Notes: generated by a model not told the origin, from the letters alone. Numbered from the stretch's first letter, positions 35,317-47,669 are shown. The stretch is 48,011 bases of DNA from Octopus bimaculoides (GCF_001194135.2 NC_068994.1:31555786-31603796); one strand, 5' to 3'. Numbers and translations are program-made.

Positions 35317-35668
35317 GATCCAAAGAATTAAACAGAGCTTACAGTAAGCTCCCTATCTGGTACATGGCTATCAAGATGTAACATCACCATTGTTCTGAAA
35401 ATCCAGGAACTGCAATGGTGGAGATTATGTATAAAAATTAACCAGATAAGATAAGTGAAGTGAACAAATAGATGTTTATCTTATTATTTAGTTGACAACT
35501 GTTTCATAATCTGTGTTTAGTTGCATAAGAGACACTATATCATCTATCACATATATTGTTTGTGACAACATTATGAAACTATTTGCTGTTTATAGTAGAG
35601 TCTGGTGTTTTAACCTGTGATGAAATATTCTGAAGTGTAGTCTATGGGTATATCTATAATCACATATA

Positions 35669-37244
35669 CACTGTGTCCCACATTATTAGGGAAATCAACG
35701 TTCTCTCAATAAATAAATGTATATTCATTCAAAACCAGTTGTTTTCTCACTGACTGCTGGCAAAACCTATCTGCATACATTCTGTTAAAATAAATTGGAT
35801 CTGCAGACGCCAACAAATGGCAGCACTTTTGTGATTGGGCAACATTTTCACCGTCCCAAATTATTAGGCATGTATAATAAAAATGATAATTGTGTTAGAA
35901 CAAACATGTATTTAATTCAACAGTAAAGGTTTAACAAAAAAATTATTCATAAAGGACTTAATGGTAAACATAATATGTTTGAATGAAACTAATCATGGGA
36001 TTATCATGTCATACAGCTCCTAATGTTTGATGTATGATCCTCCACATGCAATAATCTTCCTTATGCGATGATCCATTGAATTTGTCAAGGTGATGATATT
36101 CTCTTATGTCACACTTTGAGCAGCATCTACAATAGCATCCCAGAGGGCAACTTTATTTGAAAACTGCCATCCATCTAGGTAAACACGCATCTTCAGGACA
36201 CGCCACAGATTTTCAATTGGATTTGAGTCAGGGAAATAAGGTCGTCACTCCATCAGACAACCTCCAGAGAAGCCAATTTGCTGCAGGTATTCCTTAGAAT
36301 GCTTTGCTGCATGAGACAGGGCATTATCTTGCATGACAACCGGCTTTCTCTTGAATGAAAATTTTTGCTTTTTGAACCATGATTGGAAAGTGTCCTTTAA
36401 AAAGTAACATATGTTTATAATGGCATCTTAATGCCATCTGGGACTTTCTATGGCCCAACCATCATACTACCAATGATGCCAGCCCAAAACATGACTCCAC
36501 CTCCCCCCTGTTGGTGTCTCAAACGATGAGGACAGTTCCCACTGATTGATACCCAACCTTTACTCCAGCCATCTGGTCTGTGAAAAGTAGCACGGCATTC
36601 GTCAGTGAACAGAACTGTTGAAAAATCAATCTTCATGTATTCTTCTGCCCATTTCAGTCTCTTCTGCTTATGAACAGCCTTCAGAGGGGGCCTTGTAACA
36701 GGCTTAATATGCCTGGCTACCTGCTTCAAGAGGCAACACCTAGTAGTTTTTGATAAGTCTTCCCTGCCACAAGGTTTGAAGACTTCTCTACTTGTCAGAT
36801 ATGGATTCTGCACAACTTCCGTTTTCACATTGACAAGTACAATTTGAAGCAACCCTCAACTTAGCCTTATTTGTCCTTAAATGGATAGAAATAGGTGACT
36901 GCACAAATTTCTTCACTGTTTGGTGATCTCTTCCCAGTATTTTTGATATTTCTATGGTTGTTTTACCTTTTCCAAGCTCTGACACAATGGTAGACTTCTC
37001 ATTTGAGGTAAGATCACATTTCTGACCCATGATGACACTTAAATTGGGCACCTGCCTAATAATTTGGGACAGCAGAAATGTTGCTGCAACACAATAATGG
37101 CTGCTGTTTGTTTTCATCTGTGCAGATTTGATTTATTTTAACAAAATGTGTGCAACAGTCAATGGGAAAACAACTGGTTTAGAACGAATATACATTTATA
37201 TTATTGAGAGAACGTTGATTTGCCTAATAATGTAGGACACAGTG
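35669..37244 (-). mobile_element. Tc1/mariner DD37E (TRT-type) transposon, 1576 bp, with long IR/DR terminal repeats
   Basis: TA TSD on both sides. About 210-bp TIRs begin CACTGTGTCC(C/T)ACATTATTAGG and have an inner repeat GTCCCAAATTATTAGGCA. Transposase motifs present. Confidence 0.95.
36020..37030 (-). pseudogene. DD37E transposase, frameshifted with a nonsense codon
   Basis: MGQKCDLTSNEKS...LGRDHQTVKKFV; FTDECR; QQGGGGVMFWAGII; MQDNALSH (D at 36328) to NPIENLW (E at 36214) with 37 intervening codons; TGA at 36247. Confidence 0.92.
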
Positions 37245-37323
37245 TATATATGAATAATGATGTACCCATTAGTATAACTGTGCGGTATACATATACGACA
37301 GGCTTCTTCAAGTTTCCATCTAC

Positions 37324-37754
37324 NNNNNNNNNNNNNNNNNNNNNNNNNNNNNNNNNNNNNNNNNNNNNNNNNNNNNNNNNNNNNNNNNNNNNNNNNNNNN
37401 NNNNNNNNNNNNNNNNNNNNNNNNNNNNNNNNNNNNNNNNNNNNNNNNNNNNNNNNNNNNNNNNNNNNNNNNNNNNNNNNNNNNNNNNNNNNNNNNNNNN
37501 NNNNNNNNNNNNNNNNNNNNNNNNNNNNNNNNNNNNNNNNNNNNNNNNNNNNNNNNNNNNNNNNNNNNNNNNNNNNNNNNNNNNNNNNNNNNNNNNNNNN
37601 NNNNNNNNNNNNNNNNNNNNNNNNNNNNNNNNNNNNNNNNNNNNNNNNNNNNNNNNNNNNNNNNNNNNNNNNNNNNNNNNNNNNNNNNNNNNNNNNNNNN
37701 NNNNNNNNNNNNNNNNNNNNNNNNNNNNNNNNNNNNNNNNNNNNNNNNNNNNNN
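37324..37754. other. Assembly gap (largest of six; others at 15663-15672, 16891-16929, 23668-23895, 27872-27896, 33900-33909)
   Basis: N runs. Confidence 1.
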
Positions 37755-37755
37755 T

Positions 37756-37930
37756 ATATATATAGTAAATAAAAAAAAAAACAACAATGTGAGGACGTGG
37801 TACATGTAAAGTATTAACAGACACACTCAGGGAAGGAAAGAAAGGTAGTTTTACATTGCGAGCAAAGCTCTTCTTCAGAAACAGGAGACAGAGGATAGTC
37901 CAAGAGAAAAGGAAGACAGAGGAAACAAAA
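37756..37930 (-). mobile_element. Family E hammerhead-bearing repeat (PLE terminal-repeat-like), ending in (TA)n
   Basis: Homologous to 16930-17036; contains the hammerhead at 37848-37882. Confidence 0.65.
37848..37882 (-). ncRNA. Minimal type I hammerhead ribozyme (A13C variant)
   Basis: GTTT-CTGAAGA-A-GAGC-TTT-GCTC-GCAA-TG-TA-AAAC: stem I GTTT/AAAC, stem II GAGC/GCTC, GUA cleavage triplet. Confidence 0.7.
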
Positions 37931-38204
37931 TTGACAATTCACATGTGGGAGGTATTATCAATCCAGGTAAAATACCTTATAAGCTCTCTGTTAGTACACC
38001 AAGCTAACAGTATTGTTTAAAATAGTAAAGGACTTAGTATTCTTGTGGCAGGGTCCAAGGTTATATTTCAATACCATTCCATATTGTAAATCCATGGTTG
38101 TGTTTCAGTTATACTAGTTTTGACATAGAGTGATATGCAAGATAAGACATAAAGAATGGTTATTGCATATTTTTCTACAATAAAGAAAAATATTTAATGA
38201 TCAT

Positions 38205-38480
38205 TATTTATGCCTTGTCTTATATGTATATATATATGCATGTGTGTGTGTGTGTGCATGTGTGCATCTGTGTGTATCTTGTTTAGATATCATGTGATAT
38301 TTGTAAATCATCATCATACAAGCAAGATTGTTCATTTCTATTCTTCCATGAAAAATATGTCTAATTACAGGAAAAATGTATGGGTTAGCAACAAGAAAGG
38401 CATCCAGCTGTAAAACAGTAACTCAATAATATATTCATCTAAGCCATGCAAGCATGGGAAAACAGACATATAAATGAAGA
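38205..38480 (+). mobile_element. Family A2 3' half
   Basis: (GT)n, A2 body, AAAGGGCATCCAGCTGTA, CCATGCAAGCATGG. Confidence 0.65.
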
Positions 38481-38813
38481 CAGCCTACAGATGGTATGAA
38501 GCTCAAAACAGTAAGCTTGCCAAACACTAGTCAATCAGCACTAAGCTGTATTTTTCATTTGGGTGTACCTACACATACACACACACACACACACACATGT
38601 AGCTAGAGAGCATGAGCGTCACTCTTGATGGGATATAGACCAGTAATCTAGCAGTTCTTGGTTGACCAGATGAGCTGTAACTATCAGATAGAATCTAAAA
38701 AAGTTACTTGTTTGCAATTCATTATAAATACTTGTTCTACTAATTGTCAATATTGAAAGCTGAAAGAGAAAAAAAAAATTGGCTTGAGTATAGACTGAAC
38801 TCAGTCCCATAAA

Positions 38814-39108
38814 GCAATGCTTCTCAAACTATCTGATGTGGAGTACAGGCAGATTTTTTTCCTATGTGCCAGGGACCAGTAATATTTCTTAGTAATATTA
38901 ATTTATACCAGAATCGATATATGTAATGAATATAAAAGTTGACAATTTTTTAAATCTTATATTTATCTTGTAAACAAATAATACAATATTACATAAGCTT
39001 TTTATAAGCATCTTATAATGTTTCTTTCTTTTCTGGAAACTCACCGTGTACCGGCAGCTGATGGCTCATGGACCATCACTGGTCCACAAACTACCACTTT
39101 GAGTGCCA
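38814..39108. mobile_element. Degraded Charlie-like hAT MITE
   Basis: Left end CAATGCTTCTCAAAC and right end CCACTTTGAG; TSD not resolved. Confidence 0.45.
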
Positions 39109-39221
39109 TAAAGCACAGATCTAGATGATGTGAAGTATTCAGTCCAAACTGTCTTCCCATTCTACACAATGTGATGGCCCTGTTCGATGAATTCTGGACA
39201 TTCATGTTTATTAACAGTGAT

Positions 39222-39440
39222 GGTGTGTGGCCTAGTGGCTAGGGTGTTCCATTCACAACTGAAAGATCATATTCTTGATGCCTGAACTAGGTAGTGTGTT
39301 GTTTTCATGAGAGAAACATTTCATTTCACTGCTCCATTCCACACAGCTGTAAATGAGTAAGCCTGTGATGAACTGGTGTCCTGTTCAGGGAGTATCTTGT
39401 GATCTCAGCCACTTTTATGTCATTGAAAACTAGGTAACCA
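39222..39440 (+). mobile_element. Family F SINE, diverged
   Basis: Homologous to 47110-47390. Confidence 0.6.
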
Positions 39441-40644
39441 ACTCTCTGAGTCCTAGGACTTGAGACTGCAGTTACATCTCTATTAGGGTTACTTGATAAT
39501 TTCCTCCAAAAAGGTTATCAAATATTTCAAATATAAAATAAATATAGTATTGGGAGTGGCCTTAACTGCAATGGCTAAAACAAAGAAATAACCAACACTT
39601 AATTATGTTTTTTCATGCAGAAAGCACTCTTTTGAAAATTACCACTGTCATTAAAGAACTACAGTAGCCATAGCACCATGTTGTACTCTACAGTTTATTG
39701 AACCACTGACTGCTGAATTGGTAGAGTCATTAGGGTGTTCCGTGAATGCCCTATGGTATTTGGTCCAGCTTTCTACACTGTGAATTCAAATTCTAATGAG
39801 GTCAACTTCACCATTTATTCGATGCTTACAGTGTTTGTTCCAGCCTTTTGCATTCTGATTTCAAATCTCACCATGGTCTACTTGGGTGACAGATTTAATC
39901 TGTCACCTGATTTTATCCTACCACCTGGTACTTTGGGCCCCTTTAGCAGAGTCTACTCTGCTGTAATCATCTATGTTAGGATACCCTCCTCCCCCTCTTT
40001 CCTTCCCACCTGTCTTGGAGGCCCTGCAAAGGATTACAAGCACTGTCTTACTCTCTGACTAATCAATTAAAAAAACAAATTTTCCCCCATGCTATCATTA
40101 GTGCTGTAGTTGCTGTATATTTCAAGAGTTAATCAAGAGATTAACAAAATCCAACAAGGAGACATTTACTCATCACCACTTAATCTGCTATTATAACAGC
40201 CAAATCTTCCAATTAAAAAAGATATCCATCTTAGATGTTGCAATAACATAAAATGCGTGATATGCCGGATTCAAAAATTAGAACAAAAAAATTAGTAGTA
40301 GAGAGCCAATCTTGTTTATATAATTAACCCTTCTGATAGTCATCTGTTTGACCCATTTACTAACCCACTTGAAGCTACCTGCTTCAATGTGTTCATATTT
40401 TAATTAAAATATTTACTGAATTCTCATTACACAAGTTGCGTAAACTAAATTTCAACTGGAAAAAATCCATCACAACATTACTGTTAGGGTTACCATAAGA
40501 AAAAAATGTAGTGAAACAAACATCAGCTAAATATTGGATAAGTCTGCATGCTGTAGTGAGATGAAAATCCTGTCAGTTCACCTTGGCTTTATTTGATGCA
40601 GCCAGAGTTTTGTCTTCTCATGTCATACAAATTCATATTTGCAA

Positions 40645-41228
40645 ACTTAGCATGTGTGGCTGTGTGGTAAGAAAATTGCTTTTCAAATACATGGTTTTGA
40701 CTTCAGTCCTAATGCATGGCACCTTGGGCAAGTATCTTCCATTAGAGCTTTGGGCTGACAAATGCCTTATGAGTGAATCTGGTAGACAGAAACTGAAAGA
40801 AACTTACCATCTATATGTGTGTGTGTGTGTGTACGTTTGTTTGTGCCCCACTACCACTTGACAACTGGTATTGGTTTGTTTCTGTCCCCACAACCTAGTG
40901 GTTCAGCAAAAGAGACCAATAGAAAAAGTGTCAGGCTTTAAAAATAAGTACTGGGGTCAATTTATTCAACTAAAATTCTTCTTGATGATGCCCCTGCATG
41001 GCTACAGTCCAATGATTGAAACAAGTGGAAGGAATGGGCTCTGCTAAAAACATCCAATATTTCAAAAGGCATCCATAAATTTATTTTTTCGTCAACCAAA
41101 TTTCATTCACAAGTCTCAGTCAAACCTGAGATTATGATAAAAGACACTTGCCCAAGGTGCTGCATAGTGGGATGGAACCAGGAACCACATAGCTGCAGAA
41201 CAAACTTCACCACACAGCTATGCCAGCT
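40645..41228. mobile_element. Family A1 SINE (+, 40645-41030) and family A head (-, 41065-41228)
   Basis: Homologous to 27929-28340. Confidence 0.78.
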
Positions 41229-41299
41229 CCCACAACAAGCTGAGAACTTCAACTCAGAGGAATCAAAGGTGGATTATGAAAATAGAATCTTGGAACATA

Positions 41300-42050
41300 C
41301 CTAGATATGTCACTCCATCCATCTACTTCTATTGCCCACTATTCCTGGGTGGGCTGTTGGGGTAGAGTCCTCAGGTACTTCCTCCATTGGATTTTATCAG
41401 AAGCAAACATCATTATACTTATCTGCTGGATTCTCAAGCATGACCAACTGAGACAATAGCTATTATCCAACCATCTTGCTCTTGGTCTATCCCTGGGTTT
41501 CTTGCTGGTTGACTTGGCTTGAAGAATTTGTCTTGCAATCCTTTCCTATGACAGAGAAGTAGTGGCTTGACCTGGAGACTTCCTGATCTCTGAGCTGTGC
41601 ACTCCAGAAATTCTTCAGAGGATCTCCATTTCAGCTGCTTGTTTTCACAATTCTACACTTTCAGTCATTACCATAGCATGACCATAGCTGAAGACAGGCA
41701 TGAAAATTAAATTGAAGATAGCAAGTTGGGCTTTTTACAAACCTCTCCTCTTTTGAAGACTGAATGCTGAATCTGGCATGCCACTACACCAGAATCTGCA
41801 ATTCTAGCATCCAATTCATTCTCTTACCTCCCATAACCCAAGAATATGGCTTTAAGATACTTCTCCACTTGCCACAACAATGTTCCCTGAACATGCAGAG
41901 TGCACTAGAACTAAAATCACGATCAAATCTATCATGTTCAGTTTTGTTGGAATTATCAACAAAGGTTCATTCGAATTGTCCCATACCAAATCTGCTTGAT
42001 GAAATCCAACATTGACCATACAATGACTACACTCAAACAGTCACAGAGTA
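41300..42050 (-). mobile_element. Degraded RTE/Expander-like LINE 3' coding region
   Basis: Remnants resembling KAQLAIFNxIF...YGND...AAEM and the RPRGRPR region, with many stops. Confidence 0.55.
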
Positions 42051-43254
42051 AAATGTAATTCTGACATTAAAAACCTGATTTGATTTATGGGACAAAAAAT
42101 TTTTAGTTTTTTTTTTTTAGACTGTCCTGCTACCACTGTCAACCACCACCACTACCACCACCATCATCATGTACTGCAAGGGTTGTAACCTAGTCTACTC
42201 TATCCTTCCTCACCATTCACTACCTGATGGTAGGTACCTGTTGTTTGTTTCCCTTAGTAATGTCCAGAGGGCTTTGTAGTTGCACATAAACAAGTATATA
42301 TATACGAGCAATTATTTGCTCATAAGTGGCGACTAAAAATCCTCTAAACAGAATACATTAGCCTACATTTCCTCTAGACACTTAGCTGTCAAAAATAGAT
42401 ACCGAATCATTAAAGAAAGATTTATTTCTCATTAATTTAATTTTGTGAAACTAAAGCTAAACAATGGCCTTTACAATCATTTTAGGGTCACGGAAGTATC
42501 TACATTGTTTTTAGATGCGTATGCAACTGCAAATATCTTCATTAACATTTTTTTTGTCAGGCCTTAATAAGAGGAAAGCAGTAGCCATGACCTTTACCAG
42601 AGCCTTCAAAACTGGTTGGAAATGAGAAATAAGTTATCTTCAGATTAAAGACATGTTCTGAATGTTTGTGACATGGGCCATGTGCAGGCATTAAACTGGG
42701 TGACAGATTAGGTGTGCCACCCAAGATTCCGTATACTTCACTTTTACTTACAACATTTCAACTGATCATACAATAACTACAACAACCATCTAGACATAAA
42801 TGTGATTGCAAATGAACTCCTTAACCATATGGCTCTGTATGAAGTAGTTACCATTTGTTGATTTGTTGGGGTAGATGTTGGAAAGAAATGTCATATATAT
42901 ATATATATATATATATATAGTGGTAGTAATGTTGGTGGATCTCAATCATATGACAATGAGGATTTGGTCATTCAATAAACTGAATTACCTACTTCTAAAT
43001 TAGCAGGTAAACAGCTGAGCAATCTATAAACACATGCACTCTTACTGGTTATACTCTTTGAATTACAGGTACAATCCACAAGAAGCTTCCATACAGTTTT
43101 TGCTTGTGCAATTTCATTTACAAGATAGGCTATAGAAAATAACCTTTGCAAAAGACGCTATGCAGTAAGATTGAACTAAGAACATCATGGGTTGCAAAGC
43201 AAACTTTTAAACTTGTTAGCCATACTGTACATACCAAAAATATATATACTATCA

Positions 43255-43642
43255 TAATCATCATTTAATGTCTACTTTCCCAAGTTTGAATGGGTGAGAC
43301 AGAATTTGCTGAAACAGATTTTCTATGGCCAGATGCCCACCCTGTTCCCAAGCAAGGTAATATTCCCCATGGCCAGGCATGTTTTTCACCAAGACTAGAA
43401 ACAAACAACATTTCTAGTATGACAGTAATACTCATTTATAACTATCACATGATGTCAAGACAAGGGCACACATACACACAAACACACACAGAGGATTCTT
43501 TCAGTTTCCATCTAACAAATCCACTCGCAAGGCTTTGGTCAGCCTGGGACTATAGTAGAAGATACTTACTCAAGTTACTGCACAGAGGGTCTGAAACCAA
43601 GACTAATGGTTGGGAAGTGAGCTTCTTAACTACACAGTCATA
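43255..43642 (-). mobile_element. Family A2 SINE
   Basis: Same architecture as 4528-4930. Confidence 0.82.
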
Positions 43643-43646
43643 ACTG

Positions 43647-43682
<36 letters not shown>

Positions 43683-43684
<2 letters not shown>

Positions 43685-44222
43685 CCAGTCCACTTATGCG
43701 TACCTTCCTTCATTGGACACTAAACCCCACTTGTGAAGACCTGTTGAGGCAAGTGAAATCGAAATTGAGTTAAATTCGATGACTGGCACCCATGCCAACG
43801 TCTTCTCCTTCATTGGAAACGAAACTCAGCTTACGAAGACTTATTGGGGCAAGCGAAAGCGAAATCATGATGGCACCTGTGCCCAGCATCGCCTTTCTGA
43901 CACTTGTGCCCGTGGCATGTGTAAGGACTTTCGAGCGAGATTGTTGCCAGTGCCCCTGGACTGGCTCTTGTGCGGGTGGCACATAAAATACACCATTTTG
44001 AGCATGGCCATTGCCAGTACCGCCTGACTGGCCTTCGTGCCGGTGGCACGTAAAAGCACCCACTACACTCTCTGAGTGGTTGGCGTTAGGAAGGGCATCC
44101 AGCTGTAGAAACTCTGCCAAATCAGATTGGAGCCTGGTGTAGCCATCTGGTTTCACCAGTCGTCAGTCAAATTGTCCAACTCATGCTAGCATGGAAAGCG
44201 GACGTTAAACGACGATGATGAT
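43683..44222 (+). mobile_element. 3' UTR-only copy of the RTE LINE, with intact tail
   Basis: Colinear with the reverse complement of 23110-23540, then AGGAAGGGCATCCAGCTGTAG and CATGCTAGCATGGAAAGCGGACGTTAAACGACGATGATG. Confidence 0.9.
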
Positions 44223-45084
44223 ATATACACTCACATACACAGAAACATATAATTCTTTTCTGGAACAATGAATCTTAAAGCAGATGAAGCTATCAAAGGA
44301 TTTTTTAACCAAATATGTGCATCCTATTATTTATAGCTTTATCTGCTTCAAGATTCACCATTCCAAAAAGAATTATTTCATGTTCCCTGAAAGCTTATAA
44401 ATTCTTATAATAATGTCAACACACACACACACACACACACACACATGCATGTGTGCACTTCTGTGTTTGGGGGTAAGTACAGAATCCTTTTTCTTAAGAC
44501 CTCAACTGCTTTGCAACAAGACTCATTCATTAACAGTTGCAGGATCTCTTAGCAGCTTCAATCATTTTGCAGTGCACATCAATTTAGAACCATGTTCACT
44601 GTTTTATCAGCCACATTTCTAAATATACAATTATTGCCACAAATTTAATTAACATTATCATGAAAATTTTTTTCATCTTTGAGTGAGATTTAGATTTCAA
44701 GAAAGCAAGTCCCTAGTGGAATAAACTATAGGACTGCCTGATTAGAGCTGATATGGAGCTACAAACCAACATCTATTTTGAAATAAAACTGATATACAAC
44801 ATACCTAGACTGACCTGGTTCTAAGTTAGGGTCGACAGTTTATAGAGTTGGCAACAATAAAAAACTCATTGAGCATAGAGAGAGGCACTGAGCTGTAAAA
44901 TTATAGCCAAAATATTAACAGATTTCTAACATTTATTTAGATCATTTTCATCATAGTACACAGTTAATCTAATGAAAGGAAGCCAGTGGTAATTGCAGTG
45001 GCATTCTGAAAAAAGAAAAAAATTCTAGAGCTTTATGAAAACTAGCTTACATAGAAAAAACTGCAATACTCAGTGAGTATGAGT

Positions 45085-45087
<3 letters not shown>

Positions 45088-45128
<41 letters not shown>
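45088..45128. repeat. (CAT)n tail of an antisense RTE-type 3' end extending to about 45270
   Basis: (CAT)n followed by TTTAACATCTGGTTTCCATGC...AGCTGGATGCCTTTCCTAA. Confidence 0.75.
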
Positions 45129-45129
<1 letters not shown>

Positions 45130-45529
45130 TTTTAACATCTGGTTTCCATGCTGACAGAGTTGGAGAGTTTGGCAGGATCCAGTGAGCTCCAGAGCCATGC
45201 TGAACTCCAATATTAACTTTGGTATGGTTTTTATAGCTGGATGCCTTTCCTAATGGCAACTACTTTACACTATGTACTGTTTTTTTTTTTTATTTTCTTG
45301 TTTTTCTTACATGCCACAGGTACTAATGATGTCACCAAATAATGTGAAAGCTGAGAAAAGAATAGGACAAAGGTAAATGGAAAAAGCCCCCTTAACTAAG
45401 TGGGCAGTGTTTTAGTGCCAGGTGTTGACAGGTTAAAAATATAACAATGGGATAAGCATTCTTCATGTGTCTTTAACCTATGTTTTGCCTTAAATAATGT
45501 ATTTTTTTTTTCAGATTGTCTAATTAGGA

Positions 45530-45670
45530 AAATTTGGCTTTGCAATCAAGTGGTTTTGAGATCAGTCCTACTATGCAGCACCATGGGGTGAGTGTCTTCA
45601 ACTACAGCCCCAGGCTGACCATGACCTTCTAAAAGGATTTGGTAGACGGAAACTGAAAGAAACCTGGTAT
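45530..45670 (+). mobile_element. Family A head
   Basis: Ends GGTAGACGGAAACTGAAAGAAAC followed by (CA)n. Confidence 0.7.
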
Positions 45671-46029
45671 ATATGTACACACACACACACACACACAATT
45701 ACATAAATATTTTGAAGAAGATCTTTAAGAAATGCAGGTGAGAAGTTAGGTAAAACATATAGAGACAAAATATTGTATCACCTTACATTGGTTGTTTATT
45801 TCTTCCATAACATTTCAGGAAAGCTCTGCTTTATCAAATATGAGATAGGAAATAATCCAAGAGATCAGATGCCGATAATAACACCTTTTTACTGGTGTTG
45901 ATACTAACATTTTTTTCTTTCTGATCGCTTGGATTATTTTCTATCTTATATTTGATAAAGGGTAGTTTCCCCAAAATATAACAGAAGCAGTAAACAACCT
46001 CTGCTGGGTGATACAATATCTTGTCTTTG

Positions 46030-46150
46030 AAGGCAGCAAGCTGGCAGAAACTTTAGCACACTGAGCGAAATGCTTAGTGACTTTACCTTTCATCCCTTCA
46101 GGGTCGATAAATTAAGTACTAGGTGTTTACTGGGGTCAATCTAATCGACT
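46030..46150 (+). mobile_element. Family B SINE, internally deleted
   Basis: AAGGCAGCAAGCTGGCAGAA...CTTTCATCCCTTCAGGGTCGATAAATTAAGTAC. Confidence 0.75.
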
Positions 46151-46469
46151 GGCCTTGTGCCTACAGTAGAAAAGAATATCTTGTCCTTGTCTTTATTGGT
46201 ATCACCTTATATATCTTGTCCACCTTCTCAATCGCATTGCTTAAAAGTCTTTTTAAAAATATTTATATCATTTACACATTGCAATGCTTCAAGTCAATTA
46301 TAGTAATCCATGCATGAATGCTTGCAAACACACACACATACTCAAACAAAAATTGTTTGCATTGATCACATGGATATTAAAACTTTGTGTTTTATTGTTG
46401 TACTCTTCATGTGTCCTCAGCTTGCATAATTCTGCAGACACTTATAGCTATTCTTGTGTAATGAGTATG

Positions 46470-46772
46470 TGTGTGTGTGAACATCATCGCCATACAGGCA
46501 AAGTTGTCCATTTCCACTCTTCTGTGAAAAACATGCCTGTATGGTGATGATGTTCACTTACAACCATCATGTAATGTCTAGACAAGGGTACACACAAGCA
46601 TATAGTGGGTTTCTTTCAGATTCCATTTACCAAATTCACTTACAAGACTTTGGTCGGCCTGGGGTGGGGGGTGGGGGTACAGTAGAAGATACTCGCCCAA
46701 GGTGTCAGGCAGAGGACTGAATCCAGAACCATAAGGTTGGGAAGCAAGCCCCTTAGCCACACAGCTATGCCT
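46470..46772 (-). mobile_element. Family A2 SINE, tail degraded
   Basis: Family A head plus part of the A2 body. Confidence 0.7.
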
Positions 46773-46846
46773 GTGAGACTGTGATGATATCTAAGTTAAT
46801 GATAATACAACCGTACATCTGCATTTGAACAATTGCTGATTGAATC

Positions 46847-47000
46847 CGCTAGCATAGCTAGAGTGTGTGCCGCCTGGGGCAGCCCTTCAGTTTACCACTC
46901 CTGGGCCCCCACAAAAAATACATATTGCTTACAGCAGACCCAAAAGTGGTACCGCCTGGGGTGGACCACCCCCTACTTGCCTCCTCTAGCTACATTAGTG
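46847..47000. mobile_element. hAT (Tip100-like) MITE
   Basis: Imperfect TIRs ending TAGCTAGAG; 8-bp TSD ATTGAATC at 46839-46846 and 47001-47008. Confidence 0.8.
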
Positions 47001-47109
47001 ATTGAATCTAAGTTGAACAAAACCTTTAATCAGCTTTTTAAGTACAAATCAACTGTAAGTATATTGCATATCCAAGAAACCCCCTTTAATTATTAGGTAA
47101 AGCATCCAT

Positions 47110-47390
47110 CATTACCAAGTAATCACTTGAATGGTTTTTGACAATTGACAAGTCCCTTAACCTCTTGGGAGTTGTTGGGGCACTGCAGCCATGCAACATA
47201 TCTAGGACGAGAAAACCTGGTGGAGCCCATCCCTCTCAAGGCTGAACTCATTTCTACAGCTGAGTGGACTGGAGCAATGCGAAATGAAGTGCTTTGCTCA
47301 AGAACACAATGCATCACCTGGTCCAGGAATCAAAACCACAATCTTACGATTGTGAGTTCAACACCCTAACCACTACACCATGTGCCTCCA
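47110..47390 (-). mobile_element. Family F tRNA-derived CORE-like SINE
   Basis: Head GGAGGCACATGGTGTAGTGGTTAGGGTG...TTTGATTCCTGG, then TGTGTTCTTGAGCAAAGCACTT. A diverged second copy lies at 39222-39440 (+). Confidence 0.75.
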
Positions 47391-47565
47391 CTTGAAAGGT
47401 TTGTGGATTTCAAATTGTTCAGGCATGATATGTATGTTCAAGGTGGGGAGGATTCTAAATAGAAGAATATGGCATCAGCTGTTTTCAATCGGGTGTGGTT
47501 TCTGAGTATGGTAATATTATTGAATGACTAGTTTGTAATCTTAACAAAAAAAAGAAAAAAAGGGG

Positions 47566-47662
47566 TCAGGTATGGCTGTGAGGTTAAGAGGTTCACTTTG
47601 CAGCCATGTGGTTTTCGTTTCAGTCTCACCATGAGGCACCTTGGACAAATGTCTTCTACTAT
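47566..47662 (+). mobile_element. Family A head, 3'-truncated
   Basis: A-box-like, B-box-like and CORE-like motifs. Confidence 0.7.
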
Positions 47663-47669
47663 ATAGTAT

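Noticed and set aside
44140-44168. CTGACGA/CTGAGGA...GAAA on the minus strand of the RTE tails
   Set aside because: Only 5 nt separate the motifs, so stem II cannot form. GAAA lies in the loop of a CTGG/CCAG hairpin.
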